Notes under the pieces: model-generated
Databases searched by the model: none
What the model was told of the DNA's origin: nothing
Seen by the model: only the letters and a program-made list of their open reading frames with translations
Shown: positions 25,690 to 49,483 of the stretch, in pieces
Position numbering within the stretch: the first letter of the stretch is position 1
How the letters are laid out: each line of letters opens with the position of its first letter
Position numbers and translations under genes: made by a program
From: the human T2T-CHM13v2.0 reference genome, Homo sapiens
Length of the DNA: 64,000 bases
Assembly (NCBI RefSeq): GCF_009914755.1
Contig: NC_060926.1
Strand: one strand, 5' to 3'

Positions 25690-28100
25690 TCATTCAGTAA
25701 GGCTTCATTGAGCACCTGCTTGGGACATAGTCCGTTTCCTTCTGCTTAGTTCACACCTGTCATGTCTTCCTGCGATGAGCAAACACTGAGCAAGTGTCAA
25801 GCACCACACATGGGGATATAGACGCAACAGAGGGCCCAGTTAATTGCTCTCGCTCTTTTGGAGAGAATTACAGTGCACAGTGGGAAATATTGGAGAGATA
25901 CTTTGGAATAATAGGAGACTATTACTTTGAAGTCAGACCTGAAGTCCATTATCTACTTGACCAATTAGTAGGACAACAATCTCACTGAACCCGTTTTCTC
26001 ATATGGAAATAAGATAAAACTTGAAGAGTGAACATCGCGGTAGGTGCTTTGTAAATAATAGCTAATCTAAGAGCGCAGGCAGGCATTGCACTGAGCACTG
26101 TGAAAGTATGGAAAAGGGATTTCTGACAGATTGAGGAAAAAAGGATACCTCGTGGATCCTGAAAAATGTGATGCCTGAGCTGAGTCCTAAAGAATGAGTA
26201 GGAGTTAAAGACTGGGGGGCCCAGGATGTTCTAGGCAGTGGAAGTGGCACATATGAAAGTGAGAGTGGTCACAGCTTGTGGCCAGATTCCTCATGGCTGT
26301 AGCTAAAGAGTTGAGTTAGCAGATGAAGCGACAGGCAGTTGAGGTCCAGTTTAGGAAGCACCTCGTATACACAGGAGTTTGGACCTTTATCAAGTCAATT
26401 ACAGGGAGCCAGCGAAGGCTATTAAGCAAGCATGGATATTGTGGGAATTATGTTTTAGGAAAATCTCTCCTGGCAGCAGTGTAGCAGATGAATAAAAGCA
26501 TGGATTGAGTAGAGCAGATTCAGTGAGATATTGAAAGATTCCAAGTCTAGCTGACGAGAGCCTGTAGTGAGTGATGTGAGTGTGAGAGAGTATGCAAATG
26601 AGATCTTCAGGATTTTGTGGCTGATCAGCTGTATCTGGAAGGGTGGTTGTGGGGAGGGAAGGCAGGGCAGAGAGGATGTTATGATCAGATTCCTAAGTTT
26701 GGCAGTTGGGAAAGGGTAGTGTTATTCACTCAAGGAGTATAAGAGATGGGGCAACTCTGGAGTAAATTTGGGAATTTGGTTGTTTCGTAACAGCTTTATT
26801 GAGATACAGTTTACATACCATACAACTCATTTAAAGAGTATAATTCAGTCGTTCTTAACATAGAGTTATACAACCATCACCTCTCTCTAATTCCAGCACA
26901 TTTTCATCACTCCCAAAAGATACCTTGTATTCATTAGCAGTCATAGACAATCCCCACTACCTCTCCAGCCCTAAGCAACCACTAATCTACTTCTTTATAG
27001 ATTTGCCTGTTCTGGACATTTCATGTAAGTGTGATCATACAATACATACTGTTTTGTCTCTGGCATCTTTCATTTAGCATAATCTTTCCAAGGTTCAAAA
27101 TTGAGGAGTTTTGTTCATTCAATAAGTATTTTTTGTGATGTGCTACATGCCAGGTACTGTAGCAATACAGCAGTGAATAAGATGGACAATGCCTCTGTTC
27201 TTAGGAAGCTTTCATTTAGTAGCCTGAAAGAAGACATAAGTAGGTACAATAACTTCATGTAGTTGTATTAAGATAACTGATGCTGGGTTGTGGCTTGCTG
27301 TGAAGGGCAAATTAGAGGAGGTAGTCAAGGGAAAGCATCTGAGAAGGTGACGTTGGAACTGAGACCCAAATGATACAAAGGAGCCAACCACATCAATATC
27401 TGAAGACAAAGCATTTCAGGAAGAAAGTAGAGCAAGTACGGGGCATGTGGTGGAAACTAGTTTGGCATCTTGAATATGAAGTCCCGGGAGAGATCCTAGT
27501 AGAGATACCTAGTGTCACGTGTATGTATTAAAGGTCTAGAATTCAGAAGAACAATCTGGGTTACAAATACAGGCTTGGAAGTCCTTAGCATGTCAGAAAG
27601 ATGAGAATGAAGATTGAGAAGTTGGCCAAGGAGCAAACCCTCGGAATATCAACATTTAAAGGGTAGGCAGAGGTGGCTGAATATGTGAAGGAAACAGGAA
27701 AGCCAGCAAGACAAGATGAGAGCATCAGGTCAGAGAAGCCAAGGGAGAGGTGCTTGAGGAAGGAGCAGGTACTCCTTAGGAGTGACAACGGCTGCCAAGA
27801 GAACAAGATAGGGACTGACACCTATAGTTCCAGCTACTTGGGAGGCTGAGGCGGGAGGATCACTTGAGCCCAGGAGTTGAAGGCCAGACTGGGCAACATA
27901 GGGGGACCTTGTCTCAAAAAAAAAAAAAAAAAAAACTGAAATGACTACTGAGCAGCAAGGACAGTTTCAGAAAAGTGATTGGTAAAAGCCAGAGTATAGC
28001 GAATTGAGGAGCGAGTAGAAGGTGAGGAAGTACAAGAGGGTCCACTGCCCTGGGAGGTGGTCTGGGGAAAGAATAAAGTGGGAACTAAAGGAGCTTAGAG
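25690..28100 (-). mobile_element. Degraded L2 pieces with an embedded L1M 3' fragment (about 26790-27095) and a partial FLAM (27818-27935)
   Basis: Reversed L2 3' ends at about 25690 and 27115; L1M-type acagctttattgagatacagtttacatacc. Confidence 0.6.
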
Positions 28101-28978
28101 TCAAGGGATTTTAATTTGGGGATGAACATGGCTGTAGTATGTTTAAATTTGGATTGGATGGTAAAGAGCAGACAGTGAGGAAAATGTCAATGACACAGCA
28201 GTGTTGAGTTCCTCAGAAGGAGGGAGGGAGTACGTAGAGTAGAATGGTGGAAAGATTCATTGTGGAAAGAGAGGTCTATTCTATCTATAGAGGAGAAATA
28301 GAAGGAGACAGATGTGGGCAGGTTGGTACCCTGTTGGTACATGTATTCTTAATTATTGCACCAACATGAAGTTGAGGAAATTTACAAATGGACTGTTTAT
28401 TTTTTTGATGCAGAAGATGGCCCATGCCTCAAGTGAAGAAGAGGATAGAAGGTTGGAAAATTTGGGAAAGGGAAGAAAGTTTGAAAATAGTTGATATGGA
28501 AATGAAATGGAGAAAACAGCCAGGCAACATTGAGGGCCAGTTAAAGTGGAAGGCCAGGGTATCCACAATAATTACAAATAAAAAATGTTTAAAAAGTGGA
28601 AGGCCAGGAATTTATGGCGGCTCTCATCCACAGTTGTTTGATCTTCTGTATCAACACCTGTTTGGAGGTAGGATCTCAGTTTGGGGATAGATCCATTGCA
28701 TGTCCATCTGACTGAGTTCCTTGAGGTCAGGGTCCCTGTAAGGCATTTCCATGTCCTAGGCACTTAATCCAGTGCTTGGCAAATAGAAGCTGCTTAATGT
28801 TGAGTGAGTGAGTGGATTGTGAGCTAGAATGGTTGGGAAAAGGCATCAAAGAAGGTGAGGGATTTGAAAGATGAGGTTTAACTTAAAGTGTGCCTTGTGA
28901 CCATTGCAAATTATGGCTGAAATTATTAAGAAGAAACAAAAATTATGTAAGTAGTTGGTATAAAATATGCTGAAATAA

Positions 28979-29340
<362 letters not shown>

Positions 29341-29767
29341 ATTTAAATTTAAGCCATTTGGCAAATACACATTATGATCTTAAAGAAGATGACAGTGTTG
29401 AAATGCTTATGGCTTTCTACTTAAGTGCTAATTCTAGAAGTATTATTATATAATCTGCGTAACTGCTAGTTTACATTTTAAATACATTATAATTTAATCC
29501 TAAAATTCAGAAAATTGAATTTAAATCAAGCCCAAACCTTTGGGCTTCTTGGATCTGTACCGCCTTCTCTCTTAATTTTAAGAACTGCAAGATCCCTGGA
29601 CTCCCAAGGATCAGTTTTCATCTGTTCTCATGTGGACACTGTTCTTCCCTGTCTTTGTGATTTTGTAGAACTCTCTTACGTCTCAGAATTTTTCAGTGAG
29701 GTGCTGTCATCAGATGGCATGTAGTGTACATTGTAAAAAAGTGTAAGTTTATTGGACTTGGTTTTGA

Positions 29768-29977
<210 letters not shown>

Positions 29978-30915
29978 TAGTACATGTAATCTATGCTGTA
30001 TAGTGTTAATGAGAAAAACTAATACACACTTCTACTTGGTAATTTAGTTGATTAAGAAGATATATTCTATGACTGTAAAATTGTCAGCTAGATCTGTTGA
30101 ACTGTTACCTCTTCAAAGTCCCTCTTCCACTCCTGAAGGGTTGAGCCAGCCTAACTGCCCCACCCCCAGTGGAAGATCCCAAGGGCCCAAGCACTCTGAA
30201 CACACTGAGAGCTCTAGCCGCCTCCAGCATGTGGGGATCAAGCCTTGGCCTAGAAGCTTGGATCCCCAGGTCCCACTGGGGCTGCCGGCCTTGGCCAAGT
30301 CACTTTGCTTCTCTAAGCCTGAAAGGTAGAGGGGTTAGAGGAGATAGTTTCTAAGGTACTCATTAGAAAGTCAGTTCTGTGTCTCAGATTCCTTTGATTC
30401 CTCTTTCTTCTCAACTCCTCCCAATCTGAAAAGAACATGTATAGGTCAGACATAGTCATCCTTTTAGTCATCTGTTTTGTTAATTTGGTAGTAATGCCAT
30501 AAAAATAAGTAACTTTAATGACTGAGTCTTAAGAATTTGTTCCCTAATGCCTTAAAATATTTAAATTACCCTGATCAGGTAAGTTTCCCATTTCTAATTA
30601 TTATCTTCTCACGAGAGTCGATCTGGTAGTAGTAAATCTATAAACTTTTAAAATTTTAATCTGATATCAAAGTTTTTGAAAAAGATTTAATTCGTTGTTA
30701 GAATGACGACCAAAAGTAGCTGGAAAGAAGCTGTTTTGTACTTTGCATCCTGTGACCCCTAAATGTGAGCTATATTTTAAATTTGTTGGGAAGTTAGAAT
30801 TGTTAATGGCATATTTGCCACATTTAATAAGAATCATGTTCCAAGTGCTAGTGCCTGGAGTCCATCTTGAGTATATGGGTGATGGATCTAGAATTATTGC
30901 CTATTTGCCGAATGA

Positions 30916-31065
<150 letters not shown>

Positions 31066-31751
31066 TAAGTTTTTCCCTTTATTAATGACACTTTTTCACG
31101 GACTTTTACTATCAAGATCATTCTTTACTAGATTTTGAGAGTTTGGTTTTTTAAAAGAGTGTTTTCTGCTAGGAAGCATATTGCAGACATCTGAGTCTAA
31201 ACCAACACTCCGTAATGTCATCACAGGCTAGAGAAGTTTGCTATGAAAAACTTACCTACCTCTATGTATAAGTTCAGTGAGTATGTGAGAAGGAGATAGT
31301 ACAGAACTTGAATCATTGTAAAACTTGAGACTAAGAAAGCCCTTTTCCAGGATATCTCCTTGAGGTCACTGTTTTATCACATTCTTCTATAAGAACGCCA
31401 TTTCACCTTTATTGAAACTATTTTTAAATAGAGTTCATATAGAAAAATGTGACAAGACAGTGACCTCAGGGAGATATCCATGTTTCAACTTTATTCTGTT
31501 AAAATGTTTGCTGTAATTCTGGCTGCCAGGAGTAGGCTTGGGATATTCTTCTTCCTCCCTAATTCACTAATAAAGTTTTTTGCTGTTTAAAAACAATACT
31601 TTAAACATCTTTCCTCCATTTTAGAACTGTATGCATTACTTCTTCCTTCTACACATACCTACTCTTGGTTTTTCTGAAAGTATCAGCACATAGTTGTTTA
31701 TATAAAACTTGTTTTGTACAGTAAGCAACAGTTTCATTACATGGTATCTGA

Positions 31752-31925
<174 letters not shown>

Positions 31926-32091
31926 TAAATTACTTTATTAGATTATACACGACTTTGGCTCTATATGGTATGTATGGTTCAAGATATGGACCATTTTGTG
32001 TTTTAAAATGAGGTGCTCCCTTTTCATGTATAAGGATATCAGTAATTTCATCATTCATTAACAAGGTCATTGAAACCTATTGTGTTTCTAG

Positions 32092-33085
<994 letters not shown>

Positions 33086-33556
33086 TCTCTTGCTTTTTTG
33101 TAAGTACATTAACATAATTTTCAGGAGAAAGGTTGTGCTAGACTTTGTAGAAAAATCTTTTCTCATCCTAATGTGAGAAATATCTGCCATGGTTCAATGT
33201 ATGTGAGTGTGTTATATCTTTCAGGAGTGTTGGGGTGGGAAAAAAGTTTGAGAAGTACTATCCTAAAGAGTATTTTGTCTTAATTTATTGTATGTATTAT
33301 TGAAAATTGAGAGTACTTTGAGCTCAGTGTCTTAATTTCCTGTGTGGTTTGTTTAAAATCAAGTTTTGTAGCTATACACACAATAGAGTAAAAAAAAAAA
33401 TACACAAAATATCTGAGAAATTTTAAATACATGATTCATACAGTATATTTTAAAGAAATATCTTCATGGAGATGTTATCCACAATTTCTTTGTGTTCAAA
33501 GGCTTTTTAAAAAATCTGACTCTTAATTGTTTTTGCTGGCATCTTTCAAAATTTAG

Positions 33557-33734
33557 TAACATATCAGCAGACGACATGCTGTATACCGAGACAGATTTGG
33601 AAGAAAGCATGGACAAAATTGAAACTATCAACTTTCATGAAGTTAAGGAAGTTGCGGGAATCAAGTTTTGGTGTTACCATGCAGGTCACGTCCTAGGAGC
33701 CGCCATGTTCATGATTGAGATCGCAGGCGTGAAG
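33557..33734 (+). CDS. CPSF3: CPSF3 exon 5 (NISADDMLY...[18 protein letters not shown])
   Basis: atttag/gtaccc; MBL motif 3 AGH.LG. Confidence 0.97.
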
Positions 33735-34661
33735 GTACCCTCTGGCTGTGGCGCTTTTCTCCCCAGAGAAATCAGTACAGAGCTTTGTGCCACCAAGTAC
33801 TATTAAAAAAAAAAATTCCCTAAGACTTGCAAAGTGTCAGAACACGGAAACATAAGATAAAAATACAGTTAACGCTTGTTCCTTTTAAATATTGCAGTTC
33901 CTACCTCCATTACAATACTTTCTTTATCAAGACTGAGGAAAAAAAAATTTTTAAAGACTGAGAAAAGAGTAAAATAAACATCTCAAAAAGTGATTCCCTG
34001 ACACCATAGGATTCCGTTTGCTTTAGAAAGCTGGTTAGGGAAGAGGTGTCTTTGTGGCTGCATTCGTTTAAAATTAAAACACAATTTGATATTCATGTCC
34101 CCCTGATGTCTTAGAATTCACAGGTAAGCCCCTAAGCAGGGTGGACTGCAAGAGTGAAAGGGGTTAATTAGGAAAGATCTTTGGGGAAGCCTTGAACTTC
34201 TGACAACGTGGGTGGGCCGCTGGCTTTCCAGACTCCAGAGCAGCCGCTCTGAACTCAGGCTGCAAATAAGACTCACTTAGGGAGCTGCTGAAAATAACTG
34301 TTGAATCAAAATCTGGAGGCGCAGCTTGGCCTTTTCCTTTTCGAGTTTGCTAGGTGATTCTAACGTCAGCCAGAGAACCAATGCTCTAGTGTCACGTCCT
34401 AAATTTTTCACAGCTGCTTATACATTTGGAACTTTTAGACATTGAATTGTAAAGTATATCACTAAATCACTTATTCTTGCAGTTTGCTCCAGGGCACAAA
34501 AAATAAGTAGCACAAATGCAGATGTGAATTCTCTTGGAATTTGATGCAGACCCTCTTATGATTTTATCTCCGGTTTTAGACCGTGTACCTCAGTGCACTC
34601 CTTTCCTTGTCTGCATGCCCTTTTTCTCTAAGAAGTTCAGAGCACTTCTCAAGTGGATTAA

Positions 34662-35078
<417 letters not shown>

Positions 35079-35224
35079 TGATCTCACTTTCATAATATGT
35101 TATTGGATATAAACTTACCTTTTTTAAAATATAAGAAAACTGGTGGCCGGGCACGGTGGCTCACACCTGTAATCCTAGCGCTTTGGGAGGCTGAGGTGGG
35201 CAGATCACTTAAGGCCAGGAGTTA

Positions 35225-35392
<168 letters not shown>

Positions 35393-36118
35393 CTACAAAG
35401 CAAGACTCAGTCTCAAAAAAAAAAAAAATTGGGGCAGGTGCTTCTTTTTGTAGTGCAGCTTCACTTTCTTGCTGTTAAATGCATTAACTCTAGTCTAATA
35501 TCAGAGATGCCAGGCTGCCTCTGGGCAGGATCAGCAGGCTGTCTCTGGGCAGGATCATTTTTACTGGCTATGCCCTCTCTCTGTCTTCTAAATATATATT
35601 TCTAGATGAGAATATGTAGAAGAACATCTTACGGGTCATTTTAAAATGGTGTGACCTCACTGCCTTTGCCATGGTGACTATCCTCAGGCCCTTAGTCCAT
35701 GCTAACTTATCGTTTTGTTTATCTTTGTGTGTCATGTCTGCCTACTAGGTTGCAAGTCCCAGGGGAGCAAAAAAAATGAACTGTGTACAGAAGCTCTTTG
35801 GGGGCAGCTTGGGATGTGTGTTGCTGACTGTAGAGTCAGGGGTTGGGAGAGAAATCTTGCAAGCTTTTGGTGTATATAAGAACATCAGGTGTATGTGGTT
35901 CAAGGAGGAAGAGTTGTCTGTTTCTCCTCCACCACCTACCATGTTCCCCAGCTGCCCAGGCATGTGGGCCAGTACATACTGCTGTCCATAAGCAACATGT
36001 GAGCAGATTAGATTGGACTCTGCTCATGGTATGCCCAGCATATAAACTTAATTTAAGGGAAGATTTATTTTTTGAACCCTCAGAAAAAGTAGCTATTTTC
36101 ATAGTACCATACTTTAGA

Positions 36119-36270
36119 GCAGTGCTTCAAATTTTAATATGCTTATAATCATCTGATGATATTGCTAAGATACAAATTCTGATTCAGTACATCTGGGCTG
36201 GGGTCTGAGATTTTGCGCTTCTGATAAGCTCCCAAGGGATGTCAATCTTCTGGTCAGTGGACCATACCTA
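36119..36270. mobile_element. MER5-family (hAT-Charlie) relic; a second copy lies at about 34240-34385
   Basis: attctgattcagtacatctgggctggggtctgagattttgc is the MER5 core. Confidence 0.65.
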
Positions 36271-36746
36271 GTAAGACTTTAAGGATATTCTTAAACAGAA
36301 GTATAAGAAACAACATCTGTTTCTATTTTAAAAGCTTTGACTTATCAGAGGTGGGAGAAATAACCTTTTTCTTCCTAATGGAAAGCAAAATGGTTAAAAA
36401 AGGACATGGGAAGAAGATACAGTTTTGGACTATTTCATTTTATAAAAAGTTCTTAGATTTGAATTCTAGCATTCTTTTTTTTTTTTTTTGAGATGGAGTC
36501 TCACTCTGGAGTGAGCGACTGCAATGGCATGATCTCGGCTCACTGCAACCACTGCCTCCCAGGTTCAAGTGATTCTCCTGCCTCAGCCTCCTGACTAGCT
36601 GGGATTATAAGGCATGCGCCACCATGCCCAGCTAATTTTTGTATTTTTAGTAGAGACGGGGTTTCATCCTGTTGGTCAGACTGGACTCCTGACCTCAGGT
36701 GATCCACCCACCTCGGCCTTCCAAAATGCTGGGATTACAGGCATGA

Positions 36747-37085
<339 letters not shown>

Positions 37086-37256
37086 TAGCATTCTTGCTTG
37101 CTCTTCCCAATTACTATTATGACAACACATGTTCGAGTAAATGACATGCTAATGGAGAAGTGAATTGCTTAGCCCCTCAGTATTTCATTGATGTTTAACT
37201 TTTGAATTCTTGGAGGATCATTGGTCTTAGTCTCACACTTCTAATGTATTATTTAG

Positions 37257-37463
<207 letters not shown>

Positions 37464-38124
37464 TAATAACGTGGTCTTGGATGAGTCATTCCACCGTTCT
37501 GGACTTCAGTTTTCTTCATTTAAAAATAGAGATTTGGGGCCGGGCGCGGTGGCTCACGCCTGTAATCCCAGCACTTTGGGAGGCTGAGGTGGGGAGATCA
37601 CGAGATCAGGAGTTCAAGACCAGCCTGACCAAGATGGTGAAACCCCATCTCTACTAAAAATACAAAAATTAGCCGGGCACAGTGACAAATGCCTGTAATC
37701 CCAGCTACTCAGGAGGCTGAGGCAGAGAATTGCTTGAACCTGGGAGGTGGAGGTTGTAGTGAGCCGAGATTGCGCCACTGCACTCCAGCCTGGGCGACAG
37801 AGCGAGACTCCATCTCAAAAAAAAAAAAAATAAAAAATAATAATAATAATAATAATAATAATAGGGATTTGGATCTAGGAATAGCCCAGGAAAACAGCAA
37901 CTCTCATGCACTGCTGTTGGGAATGTGAACTGGCGACCCCTTCCGGTTGCCATCAGAAGTCTTAAAATATGTGTACCCTTTGGCCAGCAGTTCCGCTTCT
38001 GGGAAATAAATGAGATGTACAGAAAATTTTGTCAGGAAAGGTATTCATCATTTTAGTATTTTCAAAGAAATATGTGAGTAAATATAGCATTGTAGGAAAA
38101 AATTGTGTTACAGATGAGTAATTA

Positions 38125-38520
<396 letters not shown>

Positions 38521-38874
38521 CTAGTTAGGTAAAAAATGCACACACAAATGACTGAAAAGCTACTAAATCTGGATAGTGAGGATATGGATGATATTTTTTG
38601 TTTTCTGCTTTTCTCCATTTTACAAGTACTTCAGTGAGCATGTATAATTTTTTGTAATAAGAGAAACAATGGTTGTTACTTTTTAGCATACATTTGTACT
38701 TCATGATCCCTTCTACCTCACATTCGGTGATTCTAGTTGGGAAGAGCACTCTTATTGAAGAATAAAAGAAGGTACTTTACAGCCAGGCATAGTGGCTCAC
38801 GACTGTAATCCCTAATTCCAGCACCTTGAGAGGCTAAGGGCGGAAGATCACTTGAGCCCAGGAATTTAAGATCA

Positions 38875-39150
<276 letters not shown>

Positions 39151-39457
39151 TCATCCTCTCTGTTCTGCCATCTTGGTGAGGAGGAGAAAAAATAGTATCC
39201 CTGTCACACTGAAAAGGAAAACAGAAGGAAAGTTGGAAGAAATGACCCCAGATGAAAAGGAAATCTGTAATAGATAGGACTTCTAGAAGCTGAATTTCCC
39301 AAATCCGAATCTAATTCAGTCTTTTGATCTTGATTGGTCCTCCTTCCTAACTGCAAGTCAAATTCGTCCTTAGAAGTCTTGAAATCAAAGTCTTCGTAAC
39401 CTGTAAGATGAAGAACAGAGAAGTTAGGAAGTTGAAACAATGTTGCCACCATCAAAT

Positions 39458-39875
39458 TGGGTTGCCAGATTTAGCAAATAAAACTAGAGGACAACTCATT
39501 AAATTTTAGGTTCAGATAAATAATGAATAATGTTTTAGTATAAGTGTACCAAATATTTAATATATATTCTTTTTTTTTTTTTTTTTTTGAGACAGTCTCA
39601 CCCTGTCACCCAGGCTGGAGTGTGGTGGCGCTATCTCGGCTTGGCGCGATCTCGGCTCACCACAACGTCTGCCTCCCGGGTTCAAGCTATTCTCCTGCCT
39701 CAGCCTCCTGAGTAGCTGGGATCCTAGCTAATTTTTGTATTTTTAGTAGAGACGAGGTTTCACCACATTGGCCAGGCTGGTCTCGTTAGTATATATTCTT
39801 ATACTAAAAATCTTTTGTTGTTCACCTAAAATTCAAATTTAACTGAGTATTTGATATTTTTATCTGGCAATTCTA
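39458..39875. mobile_element. MER53 palindromic non-autonomous DNA transposon, split by a truncated antisense Alu (39572-39785)
   Basis: Termini gggttgccagatttagcaaataaaa and tttttatctggcaattcta; complementary arms; Alu TSD tta(a/g)tatatattctt. Confidence 0.8.
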
Positions 39876-40339
39876 CCGTCTGTTCTTTGCAACTGGTTGC
39901 CCTTTTTCCTTCAATTCTCCCTTGTAATGTAGTATAATAGAAAGAACAGCTGCTTTCAAATCTTATCTGTGTTTCAGATGAAATCTATCATATGGCTAGA
40001 GCCATATGACCTTGGGCAAATTATTTAACTTTTTTTAATATTCAGAGTTTATTCATAAAAACACGCACAACAAACCAAGAAATGGTGGCATGATTGTGGG
40101 ATGTAGTCCGCTTTAGGGTATCTAAGAAATCATAAGAGTAATAAATCATGAATGGGATAAACTAGAAGACAAAGCAGGAAATTTGTAATGCATGTGACAG
40201 AAAGTCTTTGTCCTCATATAAAATTATCATTGATACATCAAATGGAAGAATAACATTCACACAATAATCAGCCTTTTTTTTTACCCTTAGTTTGCTAGTT
40301 AAAATGGTGATAAGTCTTCGTAAGTTGTTTTGAAAATTA

Positions 40340-41940
<1,601 letters not shown>

Positions 41941-42889
41941 TCGTAGGCAGTGCTTGTCAGTGACTCTGGCTGAATTCCTCTTGCTGGAGTCTTACCGCTT
42001 CTCAACAGGTGTCGTTTTTCTGCAGAAAATCAAAACTTCAGCAGCTGACATTCTTTTTCTGCTTCAACAGATTTTGCCACTTGCCCCAAGTAGCCATGTG
42101 TTCTCAGTATTTATAATACTCATCTCTTTTGCCGTAGGCATAAAAAGTTCTGAGGAGAAAAATATTTTGTATTATGTATTTAAGTTTCTCTTCTCACTCA
42201 AACCAAATCATCTTTTTGATTAGTGCTGCAAATTCTATATATGAAAATTTTTATATACTTTTCTGGAAGCATTCAATAAAATCTGATTTTATTTAATTTA
42301 AAAAATACTGTTTAACTCGATGCTTGAATCATAATAAAATAATTGATATCCGAAATAATTTAAAAGTGGACTTCCAGTTGTAAATAGGCTTTGTTCATAA
42401 AGTATTTATTTTAAGTTAACTGCTTAAGGATTGTAGACAAGTTCTCCCTAGAACAATGTTAAACCTTTTGATTTCCAGGCCAGCTCAAAACATGCATGGA
42501 GCATGCAAAGCTATTGTGAGTCTTTGGGAATATTTTTTCAGAGTTGTGTCTTGGGTAGATCAAGACCCATTTGACTCTTCCTTTTACTTTTCTGCCTGCC
42601 TGCTAGGCACTGAAGATGGTCCTGATGGTTCTGATGGCCCTCTAGCTACCAACAGAAGGTTTTGAAGATCGGGGTGAACTTACTGCTTTTTATTACTTGG
42701 TTTTTCTACCATTCCTAGCCTAAACTGTTTAGGAATTTGGCAACTGAACTTAAAATGTTTACAGATCTTGTGAAGGCTCTTTCAGTGATGTGATTAATCT
42801 CTTAGCCTTTTGTTATTCTTTAAAAAGAAAGAATGCTTTGTCAGCTGCTGGTAGCTAACATACTTTTCCCATTCTGTTTTCTCTCTTAG

Positions 42890-43126
<237 letters not shown>

Positions 43127-43627
43127 TGAAGTAGTTCTTCAAATAATACAAGTTTTGATTTTTAAAAATGAGGACGGGAATAGGTAGCTAGAGATGTGCG
43201 TAGGATGTAGAATTATGCAGACACTGAATGGCATAATGAGGTCCCAGGTGATTGATATACACATTAAAGTTTGAGAAATGCTCATCTGGTTGCAAGTAGA
43301 GAAGAATGGACAGGAACCTGTTTGAGACAAACACGTGAATACTCTCCGTCCTCTCATGAAGAAGAGGTTGACTAATACATATGATCTTAAAAAGCTGTAG
43401 AATGTGTTTGGGTTGACCACTTTCTACTATTATGAAACATTGATTTTCAGCTCTTAGGGATGTAGAAATTGTAGAAAATATATGCAGAACTTGGGAGGCA
43501 GTTTCTGAGCATCCAGGCATCACATTCTCATCCTCTATTTTATTTTTAAAAATATGATATGATTCTTTGATAATCTTTATTACTTTACCTTATTCTATAA
43601 AGTTCTTTAGTGACAATGTTGTATTTA

Positions 43628-46034
<2,407 letters not shown>

Positions 46035-46054
46035 TTGCTTGTTGTTTTTTAAAT

Positions 46055-46545
46055 ACGTTTTACTGTGGTAAAATATCTAACATAAAATTTGCAGTTTTAA
46101 CCATTTTTAAGTGTACAAACCAGTGGCATTAATTATATTCACAGTGTTGTACAACCATCACCACTGTCTATTTTCACAGCTTTTCATCACTCCAAGCAGA
46201 AACTCTGTACCGTTACACAGTAACTCCCCATTCCCTTCCGCCAACCCTGGTAATCTCAAATCTACTTTCTGTTTCTATGAATTTGACTATTCTAGGTATT
46301 TCATATAAGAGGAATCATAATGCCTATGATGTTTTCAAGGTTCATCATGTTGTGGCATGTATCAGCACTTCATGCCGAAGTCATGGTCCGTTATATGTAG
46401 ACCACATGTTGTTTATCCATTCACCTGTGGGTGGACACTCGGGTTGTGTCACTTTACAGCAAATGTGAAGTGGTATCTCGTTGTGGTTTTTATTTTCATT
46501 TCTCTAATGACTAATGATGTTGAGCACCTTTTCATGCAGTCTTTT
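46055..46545 (-). mobile_element. L1M (L1MB-like) 3' end fragment
   Basis: tgtggtaaaata...ccatttttaagtgtaca...tctctaatgactaatgatgttgagcacc. Confidence 0.75.
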
Positions 46546-47226
46546 GTTCGTTTTTGAGTTTTTTCTAGCATGATAGGCCTCACAGGTATTTGCCACTGGC
46601 CCTTAATGAGCAGATTATTTGGTCAAGAAAAATCACTCTCCTGTGTATAGCATCACAGTGTGTAGGGTTTAGTCACAGAGTAGGCTCCTCCCAGGTGTTT
46701 CTTATTGTCTGTGTGCATGAACACTCCCCCAGATTTCCAAGCCAGGGAGGAAAAGCCGAATTGCTCTTTTGTGTGGTGTCACCACCTCATCTTCAGCCCC
46801 ATTTCATCCTGTCACTCTCCTGGTTCTACTTCTGCTGACAGTTTAAGTTCCTGGGTTGAACTTCATGCTCATTTTCTTGTGATAACCAGCTCCAGCAAAA
46901 GTATAGCTGCAGGATAAAATTGCAATACTAGTAGTGTTGGTGGTAGTAATGAATACTAGCTAACATTGATTATTTACCATGTGCCGGACACTGTATATGT
47001 GTTTTATATGAACTGACTTGCTTAATCTTCATGACCGACAGCTGTTCTGCAGATGAGACAACTGAGGTGTGAAATCACTTGGTCAAGGTTACACAGCTTA
47101 AATAAGCAGCAGCACCAGGATTCTGTTCAGGCAGCCAGGCCCAGGCCCTTCCCCAGCAAGCAGTAAGCCCCTGCCACGTGCTGGTGCTGGCTATGCCCAG
47201 CCACAAGCCATCTACCACATGTGAGA

Positions 47227-48868
<1,642 letters not shown>

Positions 48869-49267
48869 CCATGGGTGTTTTCTAAGACAGTAGGGTAGCA
48901 ATAGTTTTGTACAAGAGTCATAGGCATTTAAAACTAGAAGAGACTACAGAAGTCAGCCCTTTACAACTGTGAACATAGAAGCAGTGAAACATGGAAAAGG
49001 CGTGTATCTCATTAGTGGCAAAGACTGGAGTGGAAAAGAAGTTTCTTTACTCTTTGTTCAAATAGTACCACATAAGGATCAAACAGAATGAATATGTGTA
49101 TACAAGTTGAATCGGCTGGAGGTCCTTAAAAGTAGTAAAGTTTCATAACTTCCAAGTATGTCTCTATTTCATATATTAAATATATTTCATATATTTAATT
49201 CAACTTAAGGACCATGATTAAGCTGAATGATGTTTCCATATATTCTTTTAACATTTATTCTATGTAG

Positions 49268-49483
<216 letters not shown>

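Noticed and set aside
35511-35558. 24-bp tandem duplication (similar small duplications at about 54417-54467 and 62317-62350)
   Set aside because: Ordinary two-copy slippage events far from splice sites.
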